From contig CAWJSJ010000002.1 in NCBI GenBank assembly GCA_963845565.1, forward strand, positions 1,536,001 to 1,600,000: a DNA stretch of 64,000 nucleotides. The letters are read 5' to 3'. Below are positions 8,908-19,168 of this stretch, one piece after another. Numbering within the stretch: the first letter of the stretch is position 1; every line of letters starts with the position of its first letter. The notes beneath the pieces were generated by a model that saw nothing but the letters and a program-made list of their open reading frames with translations, ran no database searches and had not been told where the DNA came from. A program made the translations under genes and the position numbers. This DNA comes from an uncultured Methylomirabilota bacterium (GTDB lineage Bacteria; Methylomirabilota; Methylomirabilia; Methylomirabilales; 2-02-FULL-66-22).

Positions 8908-9987
8908 ATGAAATCCCCCCGGTTCGCCATCATCGGCGCCGGTAACGGCGGACAGAGCTTTGCGGGGCACCTCGGATTGCTCGGGTTCCCGGTCAGTCTG
9001 TGGGACGTGGAGAAGGAGAAGGTGGAGGCCCTCCAGCGCACCGGCCACATGGTGTTGTCCGGCGCCGTCGAGGGCAAGGTGAAGATCGACCGCATTACCG
9101 GTGACATCTGCGAGGCGGTCCGAGGCGCGGACGTCATCATGGTTGTCATCCCCACCGTGTATCAACGTTCGACCGCGGCGGCGATGGCGCCCGCCCTCAC
9201 CGACGGCCAGGTCATCGTCCTGAACCCCGGCGCCACGGGCGGGGCGCTGGAGGTCCGCAACACCCTGCGGGAGGCCGGCGTCAAGGCGTCGGTGGTCGTG
9301 GCCGAGACGGACACGCTCCTCTACGCCTGCCGAAGCCCCAAGGCAGGCGAAGCGATCATCTACGGGATCAAGGATCACCTGGATGTCGCCGCGCTCCCGG
9401 CGGCCGAAAGCTCGAAGGTGGCCGCCCTCCTGAACGTCGCGTTCCCGCAGTTCAAGCCGGTCGCGGGTGTCCTCTTCACCAGCCTGAACAACGCCAACGC
9501 GATGGTGCATCCCACGCCCACCCTGCTCAATGCGGGCCGGATCGAGTGTAAGTCGCCGTTCGAGTATTACTCGGAAGGCGTGACCCCCTCCATCGCCCGG
9601 GTGGTGGAGAAGCTGGATGGAGAGCGGCTGGCCATCGGGCGGGCCTTAGGGGTCGAGATTCCCTCTATCCATGAGTTCTACCGAATGAGCTACGGCGTGG
9701 ACGGGGCCAACCTGTACGAGCAGATCCAGAAGGTGCGGGCCTACGAAGGGATCAAGGGGCCGACGAACTTGAATACGCGCTATCTGTTCGAAGACATCCC
9801 GACGGGTCTCGTGCCACTCTCCTGCCTCGGGAAAGCCCTGGAAGTCAAGACGCCGACGATGGATGCGGTCGTGGAGCTGGGCAGCAGCCTCCTGGGGAGA
9901 GACCTCCGGGCCGAGGGCCGCACCCTGGAACGGCTGGGGTTGGCGGGAATGTCCGCGGATGAGATTCGACGGACCCTGATCGCTTGA
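8908..9987 (+). CDS. NAD/NADP opine (octopine/nopaline) dehydrogenase family protein
   Basis: IIGAGNGG Rossmann motif, LNPG, VHPTPTLLN, RYLFEDIPTGL. Confidence 0.9.
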   Translation: MKSPRFAIIGAGNGGQSFAGHLGLLGFPVSLWDVEKEKVEALQRTGHMVLSGAVEGKVKIDRITGDICEAVRGADVIMVVIPTVYQRSTAAAMAPALTDGQVIVLNPGATGGALEVRNTLREAGVKASVVVAETDTLLYACRSPKAGEAIIYGIKDHLDVAALPAAESSKVAALLNVAFPQFKPVAGVLFTSLNNANAMVHPTPTLLNAGRIECKSPFEYYSEGVTPSIARVVEKLDGERLAIGRALGVEIPSIHEFYRMSYGVDGANLYEQIQKVRAYEGIKGPTNLNTRYLFEDIPTGLVPLSCLGKALEVKTPTMDAVVELGSSLLGRDLRAEGRTLERLGLAGMSADEIRRTLIA

Positions 9988-10084
9988 GCGGTGTCGAGGA
10001 CGTTGACGCGCATGAGGGCCGGTCCGCCGTGCACGCGTCGACCGTGATCTGGACAAAAGAAAGCCGGTCCTGAAAGGAATCGCC

Positions 10085-11209
10085 ATGATTATCGGAGTGC
10101 CGAGAGAGATCAAGAACAACGAAAATCGCGTGGCTTTGACGCCTGCCGGTGCCGAGGCCCTCTGCGCTGCGGGCCACACGCTCTTCATCGAGAAAGGCGC
10201 AGGGATCGGAAGCGGCTTCGCAGACGAGACCTACACCGGATACGGAGCCGGGATCCTTTCCGACAAGCGAGAGCTGTTTGCTCGGGCGGAGATGATCATG
10301 AAGGTGAAGGAGCCGCTGCCCCCGGAGTACGACCTCTTCCACGAGGGTCAGGTGCTCTTCACGTACCTCCACCTCGCGCCGGAGCCGGAGCTGACGAAGG
10401 CGTTGATCGCCAAGAAGGTGACGGGGATCGCCTACGAGACTATCGAGGGGCCGAACCGCACCCTGCCCCTGCTCACACCCATGAGTGAGATCGCGGGACG
10501 CATGGCCACCCAGATCGGGGCGCACTTTCTGGAGAAGCACCAGGGCGGCAAGGGAGTCCTCCTGGGTGGGGTGCCGGGGGTGGCGGCGGCCAAGGTGGTC
10601 GTCATCGGCGGAGGGATCGTCGGGACGAATGCCGCCCGGGTGGCCCTGGGCATGGGGGCGCGCGTCACCATCATCGACAAATCCGGCGAGCGGCTGCGCC
10701 AGCTGGACGACCAATTCTCCGGGCAGATCGCCACCATCATGTCCAACCGTTACAACATCGCCTCCTGGACGCGGCGGGCGGACCTGGTCATCGGCGCCGT
10801 CCTGATTCCCGGGGCGCGGGCGCCCAAGTTGGTGACGGAGGACATGGTGAAAGTCATGGAGCCCGGCTCGGTTCTGGTGGATGTCGCCATCGACCAGGGG
10901 GGCTGCATCGAGACCATCGACCACATCACAACCCACAGCGAACCAACGTTCGTCAAGCACGGGGTGATTCATTACGCCGTGGCCAACATGCCCGGGGCCG
11001 TGGCCCGCACGTCCACCATCGCTCTGACGAACGTCACCATCGACTATGCCCTGGAGATCGCGAGCAAGGGGTGGCAATCTGCCGTGAGGCGCCATCCGGG
11101 GCTTGCCAAGGGGGTCAACGTCACCCAGGGGAAGGTCACCTACAAAGCAGTCGCCGACGCCATCGGACTCCCGTACACGCCCCTCGACGGGCTATTGCCT
11201 GCCGCCTAG
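10085..11209 (+). CDS. ald: Alanine dehydrogenase
   Basis: [51 protein letters not shown]. Confidence 0.97.
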   Translation: MIIGVPREIKNNENRVALTPAGAEALCAAGHTLFIEKGAGIGSGFADETYTGYGAGILSDKRELFARAEMIMKVKEPLPPEYDLFHEGQVLFTYLHLAPEPELTKALIAKKVTGIAYETIEGPNRTLPLLTPMSEIAGRMATQIGAHFLEKHQGGKGVLLGGVPGVAAAKVVVIGGGIVGTNAARVALGMGARVTIIDKSGERLRQLDDQFSGQIATIMSNRYNIASWTRRADLVIGAVLIPGARAPKLVTEDMVKVMEPGSVLVDVAIDQGGCIETIDHITTHSEPTFVKHGVIHYAVANMPGAVARTSTIALTNVTIDYALEIASKGWQSAVRRHPGLAKGVNVTQGKVTYKAVADAIGLPYTPLDGLLPAA

Positions 11210-11242
11210 GCGGATGCCCCACGCGGCATCGGCGCCACTCCT

Positions 11243-11289
11243 ACGCCGGCTCCCGGGTCCGCTACGGACCCGGGAGCCGGCGTCTTTCT
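11243..11289 (+). terminator. Intrinsic terminator after ald
   Basis: Perfect 19-bp stem ACGCCGGCTCCCGGGTCCG-cta-CGGACCCGGGAGCCGGCGT followed by CTTTCT. Confidence 0.7.
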
Positions 11290-11485
11290 GCGCGCCGTGC
11301 ATCGGATGCTCCGCGGTAGCCTACCGCGTGTCCCGCCGCCCCGTTCACGGACCGTTCTAGCAGCTTTCCGCTTGACACCGATTCGCATCGCGGGCCAATC
11401 TGTTTGCCGGCCAGAAACGGCGGAGCGTGGGGTGTCCCCGCGCAGGGCGCGATCGAGAACGTTCGGACGGTTCCCCATCCAACTT

Positions 11486-14400
11486 ATGTCTCACAGCCGC
11501 GGTCTCGAAGGGTTTCATGATCCCGTGCGTGCCTGGTTCGGCGCGTCGTACGGCGCGCCGACGCGCGTGCAGGCGCTGGGCTGGCCCGCCATCCGCGCGG
11601 GCGGCGGGGCGCTGCTCCTGGCGCCCACCGGCTCGGGGAAGACGCTGGCGGCCTTCCTGGTCGCCATCGACCGGCTGATGTTCGAGCCGGCACCGGAACC
11701 GGCGGAGCGGTGCCGCGTCCTCTATGTCTCGCCCCTCAAGGCGCTGGCCGTGGACGTGGAGCGGAACCTGCGCGCCCCGTTGGTCGGCATCCTGCGCGCC
11801 GCGGAGCGGAGGGGGGCGGAGGGGACGGCTGCCGGTCCCATCCACGAGCCCACCGTGGCCATCCGCACCGGGGACACGCCGGCCCGCGAGCGCGCCGCCT
11901 TCGCCAGACGCCCCGCCGACATCCTGGTCACCACACCCGAGTCGCTGTATCTCGTGCTCACCAGCGCAGCCCGCGAGACCCTCCGATCGGTGCGGCAGGT
12001 GATCGTGGACGAGATCCACGCCCTGGTGGGCACGAAGCGCGGTGCGCATCTGGCGGTCTCGCTGGAGCGGCTGGAGGAGCTGGTCGGCGTGCCGCTCCAG
12101 CGGATCGGCCTGTCGGCGACCGTCCGGCCGGTGGAGGAAGCGGCCCGTTTTCTCGGCGGGTGCGACGATCAGGGCGCCCCGCGGCCGGTGACGGTGGTGG
12201 ACGCGGGGCACCGGAAGGCTCTCGATCTCACCGTGGCGGTCCCCGTCGACGACATGGCCAAGCTCGGCCGGTCGGACGAGATCCCGGACGGCCCGGCCGC
12301 AGGCGCCGAACGGGGAGGAAGCATCTGGCCGGCGATCCACCCGATGCTCCTCGAGCTCATCCGCGCCCACCGCTCCACGCTCCTCTTCGTCAACAGTCGG
12401 CGGCTGGCGGAGCGTCTCACGGCCGCCCTGAACGAGCTGGCGGGGGAGGAGCTGGTCCGGGCGCACCACGGCTCGATCGCCCGCGAGGCGCGCGCCCAAA
12501 TCGAGGACGACCTCAAGTCCGGCCGGCTGCCGGCGCTGGTGGCGACCTCGTCGCTGGAGCTGGGCATTGACATGGGGGCCATCGACCTCGTGGTCCAGGT
12601 CGAGTCGCCGCCCTCGGTCGGGAGTGCGCTTCAGCGGATCGGCCGGGCGGGGCATCAGGTGGACGCCGCCAGCAAGGGGGTAATCGTTCCGAAATACCGC
12701 GGCGATCTTCTGGCCGCCGCCGCGTTGACGGCCGAGATGCGCGCGGGAGCAGTGGAGAGCACCCGCTATCTCCGGAACCCCCTGGACGTGCTGGCGCAGC
12801 AGATCGTGGCCATGGCGGCCATCGAGGAGTGGGAGGTCGGGCGGCTCTATGGCGTCCTCCGGCGCTCGGCGCCCTTTGCGGAGCTTCCGCTGTCCGCCTT
12901 CGAGGGCACGCTGGACATGCTTTCCGGGCGCTTCGCGTCCGCGGCGTTCGGCGAGCACCGGCCGCGCCTGGTGTGGGATCGCCTCGACGGGATACTGCGG
13001 GCGCGCGAGGGGGCGCGGCGGGTCGCGGTGACGAGCGGCGGAACGATTCCCGACCGAGGGTTGTACGGCGTGTACCTTCTCGGCGCGGAGGGAACCCGGG
13101 GCCGGATCGGTGAGTTGGACGAGGAGATGGTCTTCGAGACCCGCGTCGGGGAGACGTTCCTGCTGGGGGCGAGCTCCTGGCGGGTCGAGGAGATCACGCA
13201 CGATCGGGTCGTGGTGAGCCCGGCCCCGGGCGTCCCCGGGAAGATGCCCTTCTGGCGGGGCGAGCGGGCAGGGCGCACACTGGAGTTCGGGCGAGCCATC
13301 GGGGCGCTCACCCGGAAGCTTCGGAGCCTTCCCGAGGACGAGGCCATCCGGCTGCTTCGCGAGAAGCACGATCTGGACGCCCGGGCGGCCGCGAACCTCC
13401 TCCGGTATCTCGGCGACCAGGCGGAGGCGACCGGGGCCGTTCCGGACGATCGCACGATCGTGGTGGAGCGGTATCTCGACGAGATGGGCGACTGGCGCGT
13501 GTGTCTCCTGAGCCCCTTCGGCGGAAAAGTCCATGCCCCGTGGGCGCTGGCGATCGGGGCGAAGCTGCGCCACGGGAGTGCGGACCAGCGCACGGCGGAT
13601 GTGCTCTGGACCGACGACGGGATCGTGGCGCGCGTCGCCGAGGCGGAGGAGCCGCCACCCATCGAGCTGGTCCTTCCCGACCCCGATGAGGTGGAGTCGT
13701 TGGTCACGCAGGAGTTGGGCGCGGGCGGTGAGCGGGCGTCGGGTCAGAACCCTCTCTTCGCGGCGCGCTTCCGGGAGGCCGCCGCCCGTGCGTTGCTCCT
13801 GCCGCGGCGAGCCCCGGGGCGGCGATCGCCCCTCTGGCAACAACGGAGGCGGGCGGCGGAGCTGCTCGCCGCCGCCTCGGCGTACCCCTCGTTCCCGATC
13901 TTGCTGGAAACCTACCGGGAGTGCCTGCAGGACGTCTTCGATCTGCCGGCGCTGGTCGAGGTGCTGCGGGATATCCGCGCGCGCGCCATCCGGGTGGTCA
14001 CCGCCGACACCCGTGCCCCCTCCCCCTTCGCCTCGGCGCTCCTCTTCAGCTATGTGGGGAATTTCATTTACGAGGGGGACGCCCCGCTGGCAGAACTGCG
14101 GGCGCAGGCGCTTACGGTGGATCCGGCGCGCCTGCGCGAACTGCTTGGACAGACGGATCTGCGGGAGCTGCTCGATCCGGACGCGGTCGCGGCGCTCGAG
14201 ACGCGGCTGCAGTGTCTGGACCCCGGCCGGCGGGCCCGACATGCGGATGCCGTCCACGACCTCCTCCTCCGGCTGGGGGATTTGACGCGGCGCGAGATCC
14301 GGGAGCGCTGCGATCCCGCCGAGGAGGCAGACGACTGGCTTGCCGTGCTGAGCCGGGACCGACGGATCGCCTCGGTCGCCGTTGCGGAAGAGCCCCGGTT

Positions 14401-15964
14401 CATCGCGGCGGAGGACGCCGGGCGCTATCGCGACGCCCTGGGCGTGCCCCCCGCCCCGGGGCTCCCACAGGCCTTTCTCGATCGCGTGGCGGACCCGCTG
14501 GGCGATCTCGTCGCTCGGTACGCCCGGACCCACGGCCCGTTCCGGGCGCACGACGTCGCCCGGCGTCTCGGGATCGGACCGGCCCCGGTCGAGTCCTCGC
14601 TCCGGACCCTGGCGAGGGGCGGCCGCGTCCTGGAGGGAGAGTTTCGCCCGGGTGGGTCAGGCCGGGAATTCTGCGATGCCGAGAATCTGCGTATCCTGCG
14701 GCAACGATCCCTCGCGAGATTGCGGCGTGAAGTGGAGCCGGTCGGGCCGGACGCGTATGGGCGCTTGGTGCTCGCCTGGCAGGGGGTGGCGCGGGCGACG
14801 ATTCCGTCGGGTGCAGAGGCGCTTCGGGTTGCGGTGGACGGTTTGCAAGGGGCCGCCATCCCGGCCTCTGCCCTGGACTCTCAGGTGCTTCCGGCGCGGG
14901 TGCCAGACTATCGGCCGGAGATGCTGGACGAGGCCACGTCGTCGGGTGCGGTGGTCTGGGTGGGGCGCGAGCCGCTCGGACCGCATGACGGCCGGGTGAG
15001 CCTCTATCGCGCGGATCGGGCCGGCCTGCTCCTCCCGCCGCGGGGCGGAGCCATCCCGGAGGGCCCGGTGCATGCGAAGATCCGGGAGCATCTCATGTCC
15101 CGTGGCGCATCCTTCTTTCCCCAGATCCAGGCCGCGACCGGGGGGTTCTTTCGCGAGACGCTGGCCGCGCTCTGGGATCTGGTCTGGGCGGGAGAGGTGA
15201 CGAACGACACGCTCCGCCCCGTCCGGGCGGTGGTGCACCCGCATGCTCCTGGCCGCGCGCGGATGGCGGACACCCCGCCGGAGGCGTCGGGCCGCTGGTC
15301 GCTGGTACGGAGCTATCTCACCCACGAGCCGTCCCCCGAAGAGCGACAGGCCGCGCTGGCACAGAGTCTCCTCGACCGCTACGGCATTCTCGTCCGAGAG
15401 GCGGTGCACGCCGAAGGGGTGCCAGGGGGCTGGGCCGCGCTCTATCCGGTTCTCCGTGCCATGGAGGAGGCGGGCAAGGTTCGTCGCGGCTACTTTGTGG
15501 AGGGGTTGGGGGCCGCCCAGTTCGCGATGGGCGGCGCTGTGGACCGACTGCGCGGGCTCCGAGAGCCCGGCGAGGAGCCGCGCACCTTTCTCCTGGCCGC
15601 GGCCGATCCCGCCAACCCCTACGGCGCGGCGTTACCTTGGCCGGAGCCGTCGGGTGGGCGGAAGCCGGCGCGAATGGCAGGAGCGGTTGTGGTCCTGGTG
15701 GACGGGTCGCTGGCGGCATGGATGGCGCGCGGCGAGCGGCAACTCCTCACGTTCGCGAATGCGGTGAAGGGCCGAGCTCCCGCCGATGTGCTCCCCGAGA
15801 TCGCCCGCGCCCTGGCCGCCTCGCTGGGCGCGCGAGGCCGCCGCGCGCTCCTGATCGGCGAGGTGGACGGAGTGCCGGCGGCCGAATCCGCCATGGCGGA
15901 GGCGCTCCGGCGCTCGGGTTTCGTGCCGACCAGCCGGGGCCTGCTGAAACGGTTCGGCGGTTGA
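11486..15964 (+). CDS. lhr: Full-length Lhr helicase with C-terminal wHTH/AlkZ-like glycosylase region
   Basis: APTGSGKT, DEIH, SAT, HHGS, QRIGRAGH, GGTIPDRG; C-terminal LWDLVWAG, RRGYFVEGLGAAQF, AADPANPYG. Confidence 0.95.
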   Translation: MSHSRGLEGFHDPVRAWFGASYGAPTRVQALGWPAIRAGGGALLLAPTGSGKTLAAFLVAIDRLMFEPAPEPAERCRVLYVSPLKALAVDVERNLRAPLVGILRAAERRGAEGTAAGPIHEPTVAIRTGDTPARERAAFARRPADILVTTPESLYLVLTSAARETLRSVRQVIVDEIHALVGTKRGAHLAVSLERLEELVGVPLQRIGLSATVRPVEEAARFLGGCDDQGAPRPVTVVDAGHRKALDLTVAVPVDDMAKLGRSDEIPDGPAAGAERGGSIWPAIHPMLLELIRAHRSTLLFVNSRRLAERLTAALNELAGEELVRAHHGSIAREARAQIEDDLKSGRLPALVATSSLELGIDMGAIDLVVQVESPPSVGSALQRIGRAGHQVDAASKGVIVPKYRGDLLAAAALTAEMRAGAVESTRYLRNPLDVLAQQIVAMAAIEEWEVGRLYGVLRRSAPFAELPLSAFEGTLDMLSGRFASAAFGEHRPRLVWDRLDGILRAREGARRVAVTSGGTIPDRGLYGVYLLGAEGTRGRIGELDEEMVFETRVGETFLLGASSWRVEEITHDRVVVSPAPGVPGKMPFWRGERAGRTLEFGRAIGALTRKLRSLPEDEAIRLLREKHDLDARAAANLLRYLGDQAEATGAVPDDRTIVVERYLDEMGDWRVCLLSPFGGKVHAPWALAIGAKLRHGSADQRTADVLWTDDGIVARVAEAEEPPPIELVLPDPDEVESLVTQELGAGGERASGQNPLFAARFREAAARALLLPRRAPGRRSPLWQQRRRAAELLAAASAYPSFPILLETYRECLQDVFDLPALVEVLRDIRARAIRVVTADTRAPSPFASALLFSYVGNFIYEGDAPLAELRAQALTVDPARLRELLGQTDLRELLDPDAVAALETRLQCLDPGRRARHADAVHDLLLRLGDLTRREIRERCDPAEEADDWLAVLSRDRRIASVAVAEEPRFIAAEDAGRYRDALGVPPAPGLPQAFLDRVADPLGDLVARYARTHGPFRAHDVARRLGIGPAPVESSLRTLARGGRVLEGEFRPGGSGREFCDAENLRILRQRSLARLRREVEPVGPDAYGRLVLAWQGVARATIPSGAEALRVAVDGLQGAAIPASALDSQVLPARVPDYRPEMLDEATSSGAVVWVGREPLGPHDGRVSLYRADRAGLLLPPRGGAIPEGPVHAKIREHLMSRGASFFPQIQAATGGFFRETLAALWDLVWAGEVTNDTLRPVRAVVHPHAPGRARMADTPPEASGRWSLVRSYLTHEPSPEERQAALAQSLLDRYGILVREAVHAEGVPGGWAALYPVLRAMEEAGKVRRGYFVEGLGAAQFAMGGAVDRLRGLREPGEEPRTFLLAAADPANPYGAALPWPEPSGGRKPARMAGAVVVLVDGSLAAWMARGERQLLTFANAVKGRAPADVLPEIARALAASLGARGRRALLIGEVDGVPAAESAMAEALRRSGFVPTSRGLLKRFGG

Positions 15965-15973
15965 GGAGATCCG

Positions 15974-16177
15974 ATGCCGGAAGGGGACACGATCTATCGG
16001 ACCGCGATGGTCCTCCGGCGCGTCTTGCTGGGACACTGCCTCACGGGCTTCGAGACGACCGTCCGCCAGGTGGCGATGGTGAGCGCGCGGCAGCCGATGG
16101 TGGGGCGGGTCGTCCGGGAGGTCGCGCCGCGCGGGAAGCATCTTCTGATCGCTTTCCGCCCGACACCTCGGCGGTAG
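15974..16177 (+). pseudogene. nei: Truncated Fpg/Nei (endonuclease VIII-like) glycosylase
   Basis: MPEGDTI N-terminus and RGKHLLI motif, GAGGAG RBS, then stop at 67 aa; no HxRMxG, H2TH or Zn finger in any downstream frame. Confidence 0.85.
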
Positions 16178-16404
16178 GGATCCGGGCCCGAGTGGCGGCG
16201 AGCCCGGGTGGCGCGGACGTTCCGGAGTCGCTGACGCCACCGACCGGGGACGGCGATGCGCCCTGAGCGGCGGGACGATCCTGTCCCTCCGGATTGTTCG
16301 CGGAAGCGAACAATTTTCGCGCGAAGGCGAAAATGCGGTGGACGGGGGTACGCGGCAGGGTCTACGGTTCGTTGCACAAACGCGCTCAACGCAAAAGATT
16401 TTGC

Positions 16405-17412
16405 ATGAAGAGTCCCAAGGGCCAATTCAGCGAGCGAATCAATCGGGCGTACCCGCGGTTGACGCAGGGGGATCGCCGGATCGCCGATCATCTCCTGCGC
16501 ACCTACCCGACGGGTCTGCTCGAAAACGCCTCCGCCATCGCCCAGACCCTGGGCTTGCACGTCTCGACGGTGACCCGCTTCTTCCCCAAGATCGGCTATG
16601 CGAGTATCCGGGAGGCCAATCAGGACGTCCGCGGCTCGCTGGATTTCCTCATGGCGTCGCCGATGGCGCGCGTGCGGGACCGTGGCCGATCGGTCACCCG
16701 GGACACGGCGCTCTTCCACGAGGTCGAGCGGCTGGATCTGAAGAACATCCAGGATACTTTTCGGGAGCTGTCGTACGCCGACGTCCGTCGGTTCATGCAG
16801 CTCGTGGTGGACCCGGCGCGCTCCGTGTACGTCTTCGGCGCCCGGAAGCATTTCAGCCTCTGCTTCTACACCTTCATCCAGCTCAACGGGGTGCGGGACA
16901 ACGTGTTCCTGGCGCCGACGGGCAATTTCTACGTGGCGGACCTCTTGGCGCGCGTGCGCGCCGGGGATGTGCTGTGGCTCTTCGATTTTCGCCGGTACCC
17001 CCGGTTGAGCATCAAGGTCGCAGAGTATTTCAAGAGCGTGGGCGGACAGGTGGTGCTGGTCACCGATTCGGCACTCGCCCCGTCGGCGCGCTTCGCCGAT
17101 GTGAAGTTCATCGCCGCCACGCGCGGGGCGTCGTCGTTCGATTCGTATGCGGCGGCCATCTCGCTGGTCAACGCGTTTCTGGCGGAGTACATCCGGCTGA
17201 CGCCCGCATCGGTTCGCGCGCGCTACGGACTCCAGGAGGCGCTCTTCCGGCACTTCGATGTCTTTACCTGGCACGAGAAGCTTCCAAACGGCTCGGGCCC
17301 GGGGACGGAACCGGGCCGGCCGGCTCTCAGGGGAAACGGACGTGGACCTGTTGCCGCCATCTCCGGCAGGCGGCGTCGGACGGGTCGAGGGGTGCTTTCC
17401 GCCGGGGGATAG
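16405..17412 (+). CDS. MurR/RpiR family transcriptional regulator
   Basis: LTQGDRRIADHLL, HVSTVTRFFPKIGY HTH, SIS domain (VYVFGAR, FRRYP, VTDSALAP). Confidence 0.9.
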   Translation: MKSPKGQFSERINRAYPRLTQGDRRIADHLLRTYPTGLLENASAIAQTLGLHVSTVTRFFPKIGYASIREANQDVRGSLDFLMASPMARVRDRGRSVTRDTALFHEVERLDLKNIQDTFRELSYADVRRFMQLVVDPARSVYVFGARKHFSLCFYTFIQLNGVRDNVFLAPTGNFYVADLLARVRAGDVLWLFDFRRYPRLSIKVAEYFKSVGGQVVLVTDSALAPSARFADVKFIAATRGASSFDSYAAAISLVNAFLAEYIRLTPASVRARYGLQEALFRHFDVFTWHEKLPNGSGPGTEPGRPALRGNGRGPVAAISGRRRRTGRGVLSAGG

Positions 17413-17458
17413 CGGCCGGCCCGATTCGGCGAATCGGCGGTCGAAGAAAGGAGCGGTA

Positions 17459-18523
17459 ATGAAGACAGCGACTCGGTTTCTGGCTCTGACGGGTGTCGTG
17501 GTGCTGGCGGCGGTGCTGCTGGCCGCGTCGGCGGTCACGGCGGGCACCATCACTATCAAGTACTCGGACAGCGATCCGCCGGGCGGCGTCCGGACCAACT
17601 TCGTCAAGAACGTCTGGTTTCCAGAGATGGTGAAGCAGACCGGCGGCAAGATCGCGTTCCAGGATTACTGGGGTGGGGCCATGGTCACCGCGCCCGAGTC
17701 CCTGAAGGCGATCGGCGACAACGTGACCAACATGGGGTTCGTGTTCGCCGAGTTTTACTCGAAGCAGCTCCCCCTGCACCAGGGCTTCAAGCTCTTCCCG
17801 GTGGGCCCGGGGGGCTGGCAGGCCCAGCGCTGGTTCTACGACAAAGTCTACAGCGAGATCCCGGAGTTCAGCGCCGAGTTGAAAAAGTACAACCAGATGC
17901 CGCTCCTCGCCACGGCCGGACTGCCGGGCGCGTTTTGCAGCACCAAGCCGATCACCAAGGTGGACGACCTGAAGGGGCGGAAGTGGCGCGCTTCCAGCCG
18001 CTGGGTCCTGGCCTTCCTGAAGAACGCCGGGGCCACGCCGGTGTCGGTGCCGTGGGCGGATGTGTACATGGCCCTGCAGACCGGGACCATCGACGGAGTC
18101 CTCACGAACTACGACGGCGCGGCCATGACCAAGCTGGACGAGGCCGGCCCGAACATCCTGGTAGCCAAGGAGCTCTGGTGGGCCACGCCGTTCCTCCACC
18201 TGGTGAACCTGGACTTCTGGAAAGGCCTCCCCAAGGATGTGCAGGACGGCATCCTGAAGGCATCGGCGACCGCCTCGGAGCAGTTCGGCAAATCGTTCGA
18301 CGAGGCGTTCGACCAGATCGTCGCAGCGGAGAAGAAGGCCGGCCGCAAGGTGAACATCATGCCCGCGGATGAGCTCGCCAAGTGGGAGCAGGCGGCGGGC
18401 GCCCAGGAGCAGGCCAAGATCTGGGTGAAGGAGCTGCAGGACGGCGGCTACAAGAACGCTGATCAGATCCTGGCCAAGCTCACGGCTCTCCACAAGGAGG
18501 CCATGGCCAAGGACAAGAAGTAA
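17459..18523 (+). CDS. TRAP substrate-binding protein (DctP)
   Basis: Signal peptide; DLKGRKWRA; VPWADVYMALQTGTIDG. Confidence 0.93.
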   Translation: MKTATRFLALTGVVVLAAVLLAASAVTAGTITIKYSDSDPPGGVRTNFVKNVWFPEMVKQTGGKIAFQDYWGGAMVTAPESLKAIGDNVTNMGFVFAEFYSKQLPLHQGFKLFPVGPGGWQAQRWFYDKVYSEIPEFSAELKKYNQMPLLATAGLPGAFCSTKPITKVDDLKGRKWRASSRWVLAFLKNAGATPVSVPWADVYMALQTGTIDGVLTNYDGAAMTKLDEAGPNILVAKELWWATPFLHLVNLDFWKGLPKDVQDGILKASATASEQFGKSFDEAFDQIVAAEKKAGRKVNIMPADELAKWEQAAGAQEQAKIWVKELQDGGYKNADQILAKLTALHKEAMAKDKK

Positions 18524-18538
18524 CTCTCGAGACGGCCG

Positions 18539-18570
18539 GGGCTCGGCCGGAGTCTACTCCGGCCGAGCCC
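18539..18570 (+). other. Perfect 15-bp hairpin between dctP and dctQ (mRNA stabiliser or attenuator)
   Basis: GGGCTCGGCCGGAGT-ct-ACTCCGGCCGAGCCC, no U tract. Confidence 0.6.
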
Positions 18571-18592
18571 GCGGGCGGTTGCGGGTGACGCG

Positions 18593-19090
18593 ATGCGGAC
18601 AGTGTTCCACAAGATCAACGAGGCACTCTCGGGCTTTTGCGGCTGGCTGATGCTGATCATGATGCTCCTCCTGGTGGTGGACATCGTGAGCCGGACCTTC
18701 CACCAGCCCATCTACGGGCTGGCCGAGGGGTCGGTCTTCGTGATGATGATCACCATCTATCTCGGAATGGCACGCTGCGAAGAGAACCGGGAGCACGTGC
18801 GGCTTGAGCTCCTCCTCGACAAGCTCCCCCCCCGCGTCCGCCGGCCGTTCGAGTCGGGGGTGTTCGCCGTCGAGCTCCTGACCATCCTGATCTTCTTCTA
18901 CGCGGTGGCGCTGGACTTCCTCAAGGCATACCAGACCAGTGAGTCGGTCCTGGGAGGGACCATGGAGTTCTACCTGTGGCCGATCAAGGCCTTCGCGGTG
19001 ATCGGCCTGGCCTTCTATCTGGCGGAGCTGGTCTTCAAGAACAGGCAGGGACTCCAGGGGCCCAGCAGGACGGACCAGGAAGTGTTCTGA
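18593..19090 (+). CDS. TRAP small permease (DctQ)
   Basis: 4 TM segments, DIVSRT, EHVRLELL. Confidence 0.9.
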   Translation: MRTVFHKINEALSGFCGWLMLIMMLLLVVDIVSRTFHQPIYGLAEGSVFVMMITIYLGMARCEENREHVRLELLLDKLPPRVRRPFESGVFAVELLTILIFFYAVALDFLKAYQTSESVLGGTMEFYLWPIKAFAVIGLAFYLAELVFKNRQGLQGPSRTDQEVF

Positions 19091-19168
19091 GCGGGGATTC
19101 GGCTCGGAAACGCTGCGCGCGTCGGGGACGGGTGCGGTGGGATTCGTAACGAGAACGACGAGGCGGAT

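Noticed and set aside
11357..14551. Very long antisense ORFs (1064 aa opposite lhr; similar ones opposite pcrA, gatA, asnS, tctA and the amidohydrolases)
   Set aside because: Expected shadow ORFs of high-GC codon bias; the opposite strand carries clear conserved proteins
11486..15964. Lhr as part of an anti-phage defence island
   Set aside because: Context (lhr-nei) is DNA repair; no defence genes are nearby
16175..16177. Stop-codon readthrough (TAG) rescuing nei
   Set aside because: Readthrough gives no Nei motifs and meets a TGA within about 20 codons
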